A stretch of 64,000 bases of DNA from a virus. Taxonomy: Duplodnaviria > Caudoviricetes. This document shows positions 1 to 8,586 of this stretch, piece after piece (positions within the stretch are counted from its first letter, which is position 1; every line of letters starts with the position of its first letter). The notes under the pieces are model-generated. The model was not told the origin of the DNA. It saw only the letters and a program-made list of their open reading frames with translations, and ran no database searches. The stretch lies in IMG/VR virus record IMGVR_UViG_2636415863_000002, positions 19,803 through 83,802 of that record, one strand, 5' to 3'. Both the position numbers and the translations under genes were made by a program.

Positions 1-237
1 GGCCAGCGCGGCAGCCTCGCCCTCTCGGACACCCGCCGCGCCGCCGCGGGCGCCCGTCCCCATGGACATCATTCCGGCGCGGGCTGCCGCAGCGTCGGCG
101 CCGAGCGTCCGAACGCCCCGGCCAGCCAGGGCCGCGGCCTCGCCGAGCGCCGTCGTCGAGGCGACGCCAGCTCGCATAGCCGCGGCGTACCCGGGTAGTT
201 CGGCGAGGACCCGGACACGGACGGTGCGGTCAGTCAC
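1..237 (-). CDS. Tape measure protein, N-terminal fragment (runs off window)
   Basis: GTG at 237 opens MTDRTVRVRVLAELPGYAAAMRAG..., Ala/Gly-rich and open to base 1; follows the tail chaperones. Confidence 0.75.
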   Translation of the reverse strand, partial: MTDRTVRVRVLAELPGYAAAMRAGVASTTALGEAAALAGRGVRTLGADAAAARAGMMSMGTGARGGAAGVREGEAAALA

Positions 238-276
238 GGCATCCCCCCGATCTTCAGTTGTTGCGCGGCGAGTAGG

Positions 277-879
277 TCAGCCGGTGGCCATCCCGAAGGA
301 GCGGAGAATGTCGGCGGCGGCCTGCGAGGGCGGCCCGAGCTCGCCAGTCTGGAACTGGATCTGGATCGCGGCGCCCCACAACTGCCCGAGCTGGCCGTCC
401 GACAGGGCATCCCAAAACTCCACGAACTCTTCCGAGTCCGCGGGCTTGGGCTCGATCAGCTGAGCCTCGACCAGGGCCGGGGCGAAACTGTCCGGATCAA
501 AGGCCGGTTCCTCTTCGCCACCGCGCTTCGCCGCGGCCTCAATCTGCTCCTTCGTCGGCGGATGGTCAGCACGGAGCTGCTGGTAGGCGCGGTGCGTGAT
601 GGCCTCGAGGGTGAACTGCACTCGCGACGCTTCGGCTTGCGCCTCCAGCTCCTGCAGACGCTTAGCGACGTCTCGGGCGGTCTCCGTACCGTTCGCCTCG
701 TCGTGACGCTGCGCCCTATCGAGGAGCTCCTCAAGGGCGCCTATCTCTGCAGCAGCCTCGGCGTCCATGACGAGTTCGACGACCCTCCTGGGGCGCTGGA
801 TCTTGGCGCGGACGTCGGCGAACGTCAGTGCTGGCGGCTTGGCTGCCCGGCGTGCGGGTGGCTTCCTGCTCGTGGTCAT
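277..879 (-). CDS. Tail assembly chaperone-like protein (paralog of 1648-2124)
   Basis: Position before tape measure; shares F.L.A..HRAY..L.A.HP and F.PA...A...EP blocks with 1648-2124. Confidence 0.65.
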   Translation of the reverse strand: MTTSRKPPARRAAKPPALTFADVRAKIQRPRRVVELVMDAEAAAEIGALEELLDRAQRHDEANGTETARDVAKRLQELEAQAEASRVQFTLEAITHRAYQQLRADHPPTKEQIEAAAKRGGEEEPAFDPDSFAPALVEAQLIEPKPADSEEFVEFWDALSDGQLGQLWGAAIQIQFQTGELGPPSQAAADILRSFGMATG

Positions 880-909
880 TGGGGTCCCTGTCCTTGATGA
901 TCTGTGGTG

Positions 910-1293
910 CTAGGTGATGGCCTGGTTGACGGCGATCTCGATGCCGGTGACCAGGTCTTCAGCGTTCGCGTCGAGCGCGGGGCCGAGGTGCGGGATGGGG
1001 GCGGTAACGCTCGTCCCGAACTCGATGATCGCTCCATAGGGTGCCTGTCCCCTCAGGGATTTGTCCGGCCCGATCTCACCCTCGATGCCTTCGGCGGTGA
1101 CCTTGGTGTCATAGGTGATGGTGCGCGGATAGTGAACCCAGCGAGGGTGGCCAGACACGCGCGATTGTGCGTCTCGCTTGATCTTCAAACTGGTGATCTG
1201 CACGGCCTTGCGGACGTTGACCAGCAAACGCCCCGGGAACATCTCCAGGTCGTCGACCACGCCCTGCAGGCCGGTCACGGTGATGCCGTCCAT
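910..1293 (-). CDS. HK97 gp10-like tail component
   Basis: YGAIIEFGTS...APIPHLGPALD motif; tail module position. Confidence 0.75.
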   Translation of the reverse strand: MDGITVTGLQGVVDDLEMFPGRLLVNVRKAVQITSLKIKRDAQSRVSGHPRWVHYPRTITYDTKVTAEGIEGEIGPDKSLRGQAPYGAIIEFGTSVTAPIPHLGPALDANAEDLVTGIEIAVNQAIT

Positions 1294-1294
1294 C

Positions 1295-1660
1295 TCAGCC
1301 CTCTCTCCGGAAGACCGAGATCTTCAATCCCTCGGTCTTCCCTCCGTCCTCCTGGTACGTCGCCACCCGGCGGGCAGCGGCGAGACAGGCATGGCATTTC
1401 GTGATCGACGCGTCGTAGACGAACTCGTTCTCGGCCTGCGTCGTCTCGGCGAGCAGGTGCCCGCAGTCCCCGCACAGCCCAGACTCGGCCTCCATCAGCG
1501 CCATCGCCCACCAGCGGTCCTCCGGCAGCCACAACGGCTCCCCCGGGCCCGGCTGGGGACGGCCGAGAAGGATGCTGCGGGGAATGCCCCACGCGCGCGC
1601 CGCCTCCACCTCCCGCCGGTAGGGCAGACGATTGTCGCGGAGGCGGGCTACGAGAAAGGG
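1295..1660 (-). CDS. Tail assembly chaperone second (GT) segment reached by -1 frameshift
   Basis: Open -1 frame continues from slippery C CCT TTC at 1654-1660; contains a CGDCGH...CHAC motif. Confidence 0.6.
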   Translation of the reverse strand, partial: PFLVARLRDNRLPYRREVEAARAWGIPRSILLGRPQPGPGEPLWLPEDRWWAMALMEAESGLCGDCGHLLAETTQAENEFVYDASITKCHACLAAARRVATYQEDGGKTEGLKISVFRREG

Positions 1661-2124
1661 AGGGGCGACGGCTCCTCGTTCACCGCGAGCGCCGCCGCGA
1701 ACAGGGTCCGCGCCGTGCCGTCGTTGACGACGTCCAGCAGCCGGTCCACCTGCGCGGGCGTCAGCGACGGCTCGACGCAGCAGGCCGCCAATACCGCCGG
1801 GAGGAACGTGCCAGCGTCGTAGGGTTCCTTGGAGCCTTCCGGCGCTGGGTGGGCTGCCAGCAGGTTGCTGTAGGCGCGGTGCCCGAGCGCCCGGAACCGG
1901 AACTCGACCGCAGACTCCCGCACCCGCTGCCGAGCCACTTCGATGCGTTCCTGGAGTTCGAACACCGGATTGGCCTCGCCAAGCGATGTGGGCTGCCACT
2001 CCCCCAGCTGCCCCACCTCGGATTCCAGCGCCTCCAACTCAGCGCCGGCGTCGCCCGAGAGACACACCCGGATGGTGGCCTCCCGGGGCGACGCCTGCTC
2101 CAGCAGCTCGGAGATATCAGGCAT
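1648..2124 (-). CDS. Tail assembly chaperone (G)
   Basis: Directly after the major tail gene; ends CCT TTC TCG TAG with a slippery heptamer. Confidence 0.7.
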   Translation of the reverse strand: MPDISELLEQASPREATIRVCLSGDAGAELEALESEVGQLGEWQPTSLGEANPVFELQERIEVARQRVRESAVEFRFRALGHRAYSNLLAAHPAPEGSKEPYDAGTFLPAVLAACCVEPSLTPAQVDRLLDVVNDGTARTLFAAALAVNEEPSPLPFS

Positions 2125-2603
2125 CAGGCGACGGTCGCCCGCGTCGCCGGGTCGGAGGTCACCTTCAGCGGGCTCATGGCCTTGCTGACCTCGTTCGCCG
2201 CGGGCGCGATGTTCTGGACCTCGCCCGCCGTCACCGGATACACCTCCACCTTGTCGCCCGTGGCGAAACTGGTGGAAAACAGCTGACCACGGCGCACCAC
2301 CAGATAGCCGCTGGTGTTGTACACCAGCGTCGTGTACGGGGAGTCTTCCGTGGGCGTGCTGCCACGCTTGTAGGTGATCTCGCAGGAGTAGGAGCGCCTG
2401 CCAGGCTGGTTGGTGTCGAACGTGCTGGCCAGCGAACTTGTGTTGACGTCAGCGGTCGTCGGGTCGCACTTCAGGCCGTCCGGCGTGAGCCGAGTCGTCC
2501 AGTCCAGGCCCGCGTTCAACTCGACAGCGGTCGGCGCGGCGATGCTGGCGATGGACGACACCCACACCACCTTGGTGTTGCCGTCGGAGATCAGGTCACT
2601 CAT
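2124..2603 (-). CDS. Major tail (tube) protein
   Basis: Actinophage tail-tube motifs IAAPTAVELNAG and GYLVVRRG...GDKVEVYPV. Confidence 0.8.
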   Translation of the reverse strand: MSDLISDGNTKVVWVSSIASIAAPTAVELNAGLDWTTRLTPDGLKCDPTTADVNTSSLASTFDTNQPGRRSYSCEITYKRGSTPTEDSPYTTLVYNTSGYLVVRRGQLFSTSFATGDKVEVYPVTAGEVQNIAPAANEVSKAMSPLKVTSDPATRATVA

Positions 2604-2664
2604 TGCACCCTCCTTGGGGCATCAAAAGCCCCGTCAGCGGGGCGGTTGTGGCTGGAGGCTGGGG

Positions 2665-2994
2665 TCAGATACGGAAGGCGCCGACGGTCACGCTGGTGAC
2701 GCCGGAGTAGCCGATCGATGCCTGGTTGTTCGTGTCGCCGTGGAGACTGGCGTCCAGCGGGATCTTTGCCGAGCCGGACGCCGCGACGGTCACGGTCCTG
2801 TTCGGCAGCGTCAGACCCTTGTACGAATTGTTCTGCACGGTCACGGTGACAGTGACGGAGGATCCGCCGCCGTTGGCGACCTCGATCCACGTGTTCGCAG
2901 ACCCCAACGGAACCTTGTCGCCGCCGGCCGCCGCCGAAGCCATCGTCGGGGTCAGGCCAGCCGCAACGACCGCCTGAACGGGGAGAAGTGCCAT
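2665..2994 (-). CDS. Small beta-rich virion structural protein
   Basis: ATG at 2994; S/T/G/V-rich; lies between tail terminator and tail tube genes. Confidence 0.6.
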   Translation of the reverse strand: MALLPVQAVVAAGLTPTMASAAAGGDKVPLGSANTWIEVANGGGSSVTVTVTVQNNSYKGLTLPNRTVTVAASGSAKIPLDASLHGDTNNQASIGYSGVTSVTVGAFRI

Positions 2995-3007
2995 GAGAGT
3001 GAGCTCC

Positions 3008-3418
3008 TCACTGAGGGATTGAACGCAGCCGGTAGCGGCTGGCGGCATAGAAACAGGGCGGGACGACATCGTCATCGCGCTGCACCGGCTGCCCGTCGAG
3101 GGGCTCTGGCCTCCAGGACGTGCGTCCGGCGACCGCCAGGACCACGGAGAGGGCGGCAACAGCCCGGTCAGAGACGGACATGGCCGCCTCTGCCGTCAGG
3201 CCCACACAGGTCAGCTGAATGACGGCCGAATAGTTGGTCCGGTTGTCGGCGAGCGACGCCACCTCGGCGCGACCCGGCTCCGGATACAGCACGACATAGG
3301 GCGTACTAGCGGTCGGTGAGACCCCAGAAGGCGCCCCGCCCAGATAGACGACCAGTCCGGCACCAGTGAGGGCCGACACGACGGCATCGACGTGAGGCAG
3401 GACAGCAGGCGTCGTCAC
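3008..3418 (-). CDS. Tail terminator-like protein
   Basis: PYVVLYP...IQLTCVG motif; gene order. Confidence 0.7.
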   Translation of the reverse strand: MTTPAVLPHVDAVVSALTGAGLVVYLGGAPSGVSPTASTPYVVLYPEPGRAEVASLADNRTNYSAVIQLTCVGLTAEAAMSVSDRAVAALSVVLAVAGRTSWRPEPLDGQPVQRDDDVVPPCFYAASRYRLRSIPQ

Positions 3419-3431
3419 GGGCGGCCTCCCG

Positions 3432-3839
3432 TCAGGTAGTTCCCTCGACGGAGATCCGCCAGGCCGTGGCCGTGGAACCGAAGTCGACGGCCATCACCGA
3501 AAAGGGCTGGCCGACGAGCCTAGTGTCGCCCGACGCCGTGATGGTGACGGTGTCGCCGACGTGCAGGTCATCTGCAGCAAGGGAAGCAAACGGCAGCGCC
3601 AGTTCGTACCGGGCGACCACCGTCAGCCGCTCCCCCGCCTCCTCGTTGCGAGGAACCCGCTGCGGCTTCAGACGGCACGGCCCCGAATACAACACCGTCG
3701 GGGTCCCCGGGGTGAGGACGCTCGTCGACCGATTCAACGTCGGCGTACCGGGCCGGCTGATCGTGCACGCATCCACCATGAGCTGCTGGTGCGCGATCCG
3801 ACCTGCGGCAAGCAGCGGTTGGATGTCGATGGCTGCCAT
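3432..3839 (-). CDS. Head-to-tail stopper (DUF6093-like)
   Basis: MVDACTISRP...LYSGPCRL...GDTVTIT motif; gene order. Confidence 0.7.
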   Translation of the reverse strand: MAAIDIQPLLAAGRIAHQQLMVDACTISRPGTPTLNRSTSVLTPGTPTVLYSGPCRLKPQRVPRNEEAGERLTVVARYELALPFASLAADDLHVGDTVTITASGDTRLVGQPFSVMAVDFGSTATAWRISVEGTT

Positions 3840-3840
3840 G

Positions 3841-4470
3841 TCACGTCACCGGATCCACAGAGAACCCGCCCACCCGGTACGGGCGCAGCGCCAGCTTGTG
3901 CTCCGGCGTCAACTGGGCGCCGCCGATCGTCTCTGCCGCGAACGTCCGGGAGTAGTCGTCAATCGACTCCGAGCGCAAGCCCTGCGGGTTCGTCATCGAC
4001 ATTTGCGCCAGGTCCAGGACCACGTCCACGACGTCGTCCGGGACCTCGGCATAGCCGTGGCTGTAGGTGACCCGGACCCGCTGCGACCAAATGCCTTGCG
4101 GGCGCAGCCATGGAAAGCCCATCAGCCGTGTGGGCGTCCACCATGCCTCGCCGCGGGTCAGCTCGGTGCCGATCCGCGTGTAGTCGCGGCCCTCGAGGGC
4201 CGTGTATTCGACGTTGGTGATCCCGAACAGCTCGACGACGGTGAGCAGATGGGTGTCATCAAGAACGAGGGGACGCTGCGGAAGCCGAAGCACCCGCCCG
4301 TTACCCGGCAGGGTGATCGTCTCGTTCTCCACCAGGGTGAACTGCTGCCGGCAGTGCTTGCGAACCCGAGCCGAGGCACGGCGGATCGCCATCGCGGCCT
4401 GCGCCGGATCCAGCGACCGCTGCAACGCCGCCTCGAGGTCCGCCTGCGTTGCCAGAGGGGTCGGGGACAC
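3841..4470 (-). CDS. Head-to-tail adaptor
   Basis: LAT.ADL...ASARVR, VTYSHGY..VP, NPQGLRSESIDDYS motifs. Confidence 0.75.
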   Translation of the reverse strand: MSPTPLATQADLEAALQRSLDPAQAAMAIRRASARVRKHCRQQFTLVENETITLPGNGRVLRLPQRPLVLDDTHLLTVVELFGITNVEYTALEGRDYTRIGTELTRGEAWWTPTRLMGFPWLRPQGIWSQRVRVTYSHGYAEVPDDVVDVVLDLAQMSMTNPQGLRSESIDDYSRTFAAETIGGAQLTPEHKLALRPYRVGGFSVDPVT

Positions 4471-4482
4471 AGGGCGCCCCCT

Positions 4483-4848
4483 TTACTCCTCGCCGTCGGC
4501 CAGGCCAGCCAGCCGCTTCACAACGGTCGAGCGCGGCTTGTCCTTCGCCTGCTCCGCCTCGAGAGCCTGTGCGGCACGCCCCGGATCGCCGTCCACCCAC
4601 GTCATGAGGGTGTCGATGGTGCCGTCCACCGGCGGCCCGTCACCCTCCGACTGGACAGGATCCGCCGCCTTCGCGGGGGCGGGCTCGGGCTTCGGCTCGG
4701 GGTCCCTCTCCAGAACCTCGATGCAGCCGACGGGGGCGTTGTCCGCGAAGTGACGGGCCATCTCGCCCTCCAGCTCCGCATCCACGTTGAACGTGGTGAC
4801 GGCGTAGTTCCAGTACGCCTCAAACGGTTTGACCACACGCACACGCAT
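4483..4848 (-). CDS. Head-associated hypothetical protein
   Basis: Directly after capsid gene; C-terminal WV..DP.RA..AL.AE...KPRST motif common in actinophage head modules. Confidence 0.6.
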   Translation of the reverse strand: MRVRVVKPFEAYWNYAVTTFNVDAELEGEMARHFADNAPVGCIEVLERDPEPKPEPAPAKAADPVQSEGDGPPVDGTIDTLMTWVDGDPGRAAQALEAEQAKDKPRSTVVKRLAGLADGEE

Positions 4849-4868
4849 GCGTCTTCCCCTTCATAAGA

Positions 4869-4910
4869 GCCCCGCCGGCACAGGCAGACAGGGGTGCCTG
4901 TGCCGGCGGG
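4869..4910 (-). terminator. Intrinsic terminator after capsid gene
   Basis: Long inverted repeat CCCGCCGGCACAGGCA/TGCCTGTGCCGGCGGG. Confidence 0.6.
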
Positions 4911-4916
4911 AGACGG

Positions 4917-6239
4917 TCAGGCGTGCTCGATGACCACGCCGCGCTTGTACAGCGCCGCGTCGCCGCTGCCCGCGTCGGTCGGAACGCCGTAGTCGCCCAC
5001 CCACGACCAGGTCGACGACAGGACCTGCTGCAGGCGGTCCTGCGGCGGACGCACCAGCAGCGTCATGTCGACACCCGGTGCCACGTTGACCTGTCGCACC
5101 TCCGGCACGTCCTCCACCCCGGTGCCGGACAGCAGCGTGCCGGTGTTGTCGAACGGGGCCGCCATCAGCGCGGACGCGCCCAGGACGATCGGCCGGTGCA
5201 CCGTCAGCGTGCCCGCCGAGCCACCCAGGATGGTCGGGGTCTCGATGTTCCTGACCCAGTCGATGCCGCCGAAACGGCCAATACTCAGGTCGCGGTAGAT
5301 GGGGCTGTCAACGCGGCCCTGCAGCGCCTGCTTGAAGTCGCTGTCGGAGAACAGTTCGGCCTCAGTGTCCGGGTCGATGTGCGCGACGTAGTAGCCGCCG
5401 AGGGTCGGCACGTTCATCTTCCTGAGCCTCGCGACTGCGCTGCGGAAGTTCTGGAAGGTGACCGTGTTGCTGCTGGCCAGGTCGTAGGCGGTGTTCGTGC
5501 CGGTAGCGCGGATCGTGGTCGGCGCGTTGCTCGAGATCACCGCATCACCGACGACGTCCACCCGCGCGGAACCCAGCGTGAGCGTGTTCGTGGACGTGTT
5601 GACGCCGACGACCGTGTTCGCGACACCAGCGATCGTCACGTTCAGCGGGTTCGCTCCGGACACCGGGGTCGGCACACCGTTGACGTTGACCGTCGAGAAC
5701 CCGTTCACGGACTGCACGATGATCGCCGTGTCCGAGGTGCCCGCAGTGGTGCACCACGTGCGGCCGCCCGCGTAGGACGCGTACAGCTTGTTCCGGGCGA
5801 CCTGGTTGATGGTCTGCCCCGCGTTGATGCCGAGGGTCTCCACGTCGGCAAGGAACTTGGAGGCCAGCGCCATCGCGTTGGACAGCATGTTCGTGTCCAT
5901 GCTGTTGGCGTACTGGTCCATCACGACCGACCACTGCTCGATGCTGTAGGTCGACGCGGACGGGTCCGAGCCGGTCACCGGCGTCGTCGCCGGCGCCAGC
6001 AGACCCTTACGGGTGAAAGTCTTCGTGTCCCCGAGCCCGCCCTGCCACGGCTCGGAGTCCGCAATCGCAGGGAACAGAAAGTTCGGCACGAGCGCGTCAC
6101 GGAAGACACGGTCCAGGATGCCGTTCTGCAGCATCGCCTGAATCGCGGCCGGAACGGTCGCACGGACACCGGCGTGCCGGTCAAGACGGAACCACGAACG
6201 GGTGGTGCCCGCCTTCGGGATGGTGGGGGTCATGCTCAC
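4917..6239 (-). CDS. Major capsid protein
   Basis: 440 aa after the scaffold; YYVAHIDPD...L and IGRFGGIDWV motifs of HK97-fold capsids. Confidence 0.85.
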   Translation of the reverse strand: MSMTPTIPKAGTTRSWFRLDRHAGVRATVPAAIQAMLQNGILDRVFRDALVPNFLFPAIADSEPWQGGLGDTKTFTRKGLLAPATTPVTGSDPSASTYSIEQWSVVMDQYANSMDTNMLSNAMALASKFLADVETLGINAGQTINQVARNKLYASYAGGRTWCTTAGTSDTAIIVQSVNGFSTVNVNGVPTPVSGANPLNVTIAGVANTVVGVNTSTNTLTLGSARVDVVGDAVISSNAPTTIRATGTNTAYDLASSNTVTFQNFRSAVARLRKMNVPTLGGYYVAHIDPDTEAELFSDSDFKQALQGRVDSPIYRDLSIGRFGGIDWVRNIETPTILGGSAGTLTVHRPIVLGASALMAAPFDNTGTLLSGTGVEDVPEVRQVNVAPGVDMTLLVRPPQDRLQQVLSSTWSWVGDYGVPTDAGSGDAALYKRGVVIEHA

Positions 6240-6424
6240 TCCTCAGTGATTTCTACGGACACCAGGTCCGGGTGCTGCTCGGCAATCGCCTGGACCCCGA
6301 GCAATGCGGTTTGAATGACGGCCGACACGGCGGCGCAGACGCGACCCCCAGCGACGTGCTCTTCGTGACCGGCCACCTCAATCGAGATGCGCCCCTCGCC
6401 CAGGTGGGCGCGGACTTCGATCAC
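6236..6424 (-). CDS. prp: Ribosomal-processing cysteine protease Prp-like (minimal)
   Basis: GH...VCAAVSA catalytic His/Cys signature; start and stop overlap scaffold and capsid genes. Confidence 0.75.
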   Translation of the reverse strand: MIEVRAHLGEGRISIEVAGHEEHVAGGRVCAAVSAVIQTALLGVQAIAEQHPDLVSVEITEE

Positions 6425-7230
6425 GCCGAGCGCTGCCGGTAACCGAACTGGGAGAGGTAATCGGCGACCTCGTCCTTGGATGCCTTCGAGTAGTCGGTGG
6501 GCGCCGGCGCGCCTCGCGAGCCCTGCCCGGGGTCAGGCCGGGGCTTCGGCTTGCGGGCGGGCTCCGGCTCCGCCGCCGCAGCGCTCACCACCGGTTCGGG
6601 CTTCGCCCAATGCGGCTTGCGCTCCAGCAGGTCCGCAAGGTCCGCTTCGATCGCATCGGTATCGATCTCGCCGTCGGAGTCGACGTACTTGCTGGGGTCG
6701 CGCATCAGCACGTCCACGGCATCCGACGGATCCGCGAACTGGCCGACCGCAAAGACCTTCACTTCGGACGACACGGCACGCGCAACGGCCTTCGCCGCCT
6801 GGGTCTTCGCACGCTCGCCCTGAGCCTGCGCCTTCTCCAGCTCGGACTTGTCGCGGTCCTCGAACTCTTGCACCTTGCGTGCGAGAGCAGCCATCTCCCT
6901 CTTCGCGGCCGCGGCTTCCTTCTTCGCCGCAACCCGCTCAGCTTTCATCCGCTCGAGAGCCTTCTTGCCCGCATCGCCCAAGCCGTCCTTCGCCGGCTCA
7001 TCACCGGGCTCCGGATCGCCCTCGTCGCCCTCGGGGTCGTCGTCACCATCGCCGTTCAGGGCGTCGGCGAGCATCCGCTCAGCTTCGGGGTCTCCCCCGT
7101 CGCCGGTCCCGGCGCCGGCGCCAGCCGCCGGTGCCTCCGGGTCGCCGCCCTCAGGCTCAGGGTCGTCGTGTCGTGCCAGGTTGAACCAGGTGGCGCCGGT
7201 TGCCGGTGCCGGGTGCTTCTCGGTGGACAT
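6421..7230 (-). CDS. Capsid scaffolding protein
   Basis: Acidic N-terminus, LGDAGKKALERMKAER coiled coil, EDRDKSELEK, KPHWAK...DPGQG. Confidence 0.85.
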   Translation of the reverse strand: MSTEKHPAPATGATWFNLARHDDPEPEGGDPEAPAAGAGAGTGDGGDPEAERMLADALNGDGDDDPEGDEGDPEPGDEPAKDGLGDAGKKALERMKAERVAAKKEAAAAKREMAALARKVQEFEDRDKSELEKAQAQGERAKTQAAKAVARAVSSEVKVFAVGQFADPSDAVDVLMRDPSKYVDSDGEIDTDAIEADLADLLERKPHWAKPEPVVSAAAAEPEPARKPKPRPDPGQGSRGAPAPTDYSKASKDEVADYLSQFGYRQRSA

Positions 7231-7301
7231 TGCGTCCGCCCTCTCGTGTGATGCGAAAGGGGCGCCGTTGCAGCACCCCTCGGGGGTTGGGTGGTGCGTG
7301 G

Positions 7302-7550
7302 TCAGCTCTTGAGACTGCCGTCGGCTGACCAGGTATCGGGGACAGCGTCCGAGGCGCCGAGCGCCTTGGCCCGCTGGATGATGAAGCGCCGCACCTTGCT
7401 GCGGGCCTCTTCCGTCGGCGGCTGCACACGGCCGACAGCACGGATGGCGTTCTCGAGATCCGCACGATTGCGGATGGGGAATCTCCCTCCAGGCATCGCC
7501 TGGCCCTTCGCGGCCGCCTTCTTCCGGGCGGCCGTGTTCATGTCGGCCAC
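7302..7550 (-). CDS. Small head-module protein (DUF6582-like)
   Basis: AMPGGRFPIRNRADLENAIRAVGR...IIQRAKALG motif. Confidence 0.6.
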   Translation of the reverse strand: MADMNTAARKKAAAKGQAMPGGRFPIRNRADLENAIRAVGRVQPPTEEARSKVRRFIIQRAKALGASDAVPDTWSADGSLKS

Positions 7551-7559
7551 GATGTCCTC

Positions 7560-8585
7560 CTACAAGAGGTAGCCAAAGCGCCGCAGGAGCCGGATCAGTT
7601 CGTCCCGGTCCTCGGCGAGCTTGAGAATCTCGGACGGCATCAGCCGCGGAGTACGAAGGCGGAAGCGCGGCAGGCCCTGCTCAACGTCCGCTCGGGTGCG
7701 GGCGAACCGCTGCCCCGTCCTCTGCTCGGTCTCACGCCGCATCTCCTGGAAGAACTCGCCGCGGCGTGTAGTGCTCTCCAGCGTGGCGACGACTTTCCGC
7801 CCATAGACGTCCAGCGTCTGCACGCTCCGGCTGGCATTCACGACGCGGAAGATGTCAGCGCCTTCCCGAATCGCGGTCGCGCCACCCACGCCAAACCGTC
7901 GGTCCTGCTCCGCGCGGGACAGGCTGTTGAAGAACGCCTTCGGGTCCGTAAACCGACCCGGCCGCGCCTTCGTCGACGGACTGCCATAACACTGACAGCG
8001 GCGATGCCTAGCGAAGTCCGCATTCCAGCGGTACCACTTCCCGGCGAGGATCACGCAGCGGGCGCACGCGCCGGGCCGGACCATCCGGATGTAGCCGGTC
8101 ACCGTGCGGTTGGCGACCATCGCCACTCCCATCGCTCCCGACCCTGCGTCCGCGACCTCGCTCGCAACGATCCGCTGCAGGCTGGCCATGCCGCCGAGCA
8201 TCGCCTCCTGCAACGTCAACCCGCCCTGGATCAGGGTCTTGGCGCGGATGACTGGCAGGTACAGCAGCGAGTCCAGCGCCCGACCGTCCGCCGCGGTCCC
8301 GGCCAACTGCCGGTACTGCACGGTCGACGCGCCGTCCGCGTAGTCCGAGGAGAGCCCGTCCGCGGCCACCATCGCGTCCACGTACCGCTGCCCGGTCGAC
8401 GCCGCGAGCAACTGGCCCGCGGCCAGCGCGCTCACCATCGCATCACCGATGCCCCGCAGCCACGATCCGGACAGGTCCGTGGTGTCCAACTGCCGCCACA
8501 GTTGCGCCATACGCATCGTCGCCTGAAGCTGCGCGCGGCGTTGCGTCTCACCGTAGGAGGCGACGATCGTGCTGGTGTCGGCCAT
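7560..8585 (-). CDS. MuF-like minor capsid/head morphogenesis protein
   Basis: After portal; GAC.RC.ILAGK...F.RH..C.C motif; ATG at 8585 next to the portal stop. Confidence 0.7.
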   Translation of the reverse strand: MADTSTIVASYGETQRRAQLQATMRMAQLWRQLDTTDLSGSWLRGIGDAMVSALAAGQLLAASTGQRYVDAMVAADGLSSDYADGASTVQYRQLAGTAADGRALDSLLYLPVIRAKTLIQGGLTLQEAMLGGMASLQRIVASEVADAGSGAMGVAMVANRTVTGYIRMVRPGACARCVILAGKWYRWNADFARHRRCQCYGSPSTKARPGRFTDPKAFFNSLSRAEQDRRFGVGGATAIREGADIFRVVNASRSVQTLDVYGRKVVATLESTTRRGEFFQEMRRETEQRTGQRFARTRADVEQGLPRFRLRTPRLMPSEILKLAEDRDELIRLLRRFGYLL

Positions 8586-8586
8586 C

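Noticed and set aside
1-237. Frameshift in the tape measure start
   Set aside because: Re-reading shows ATG GGG ACG stays in frame to the window edge
3466-6314. Long plus-strand ORFs antisense to head genes (similarly 22232-23734, 48897-50399 and others)
   Set aside because: Shadow ORFs expected in high-GC DNA; no motifs, and they overlap well-supported opposite-strand genes
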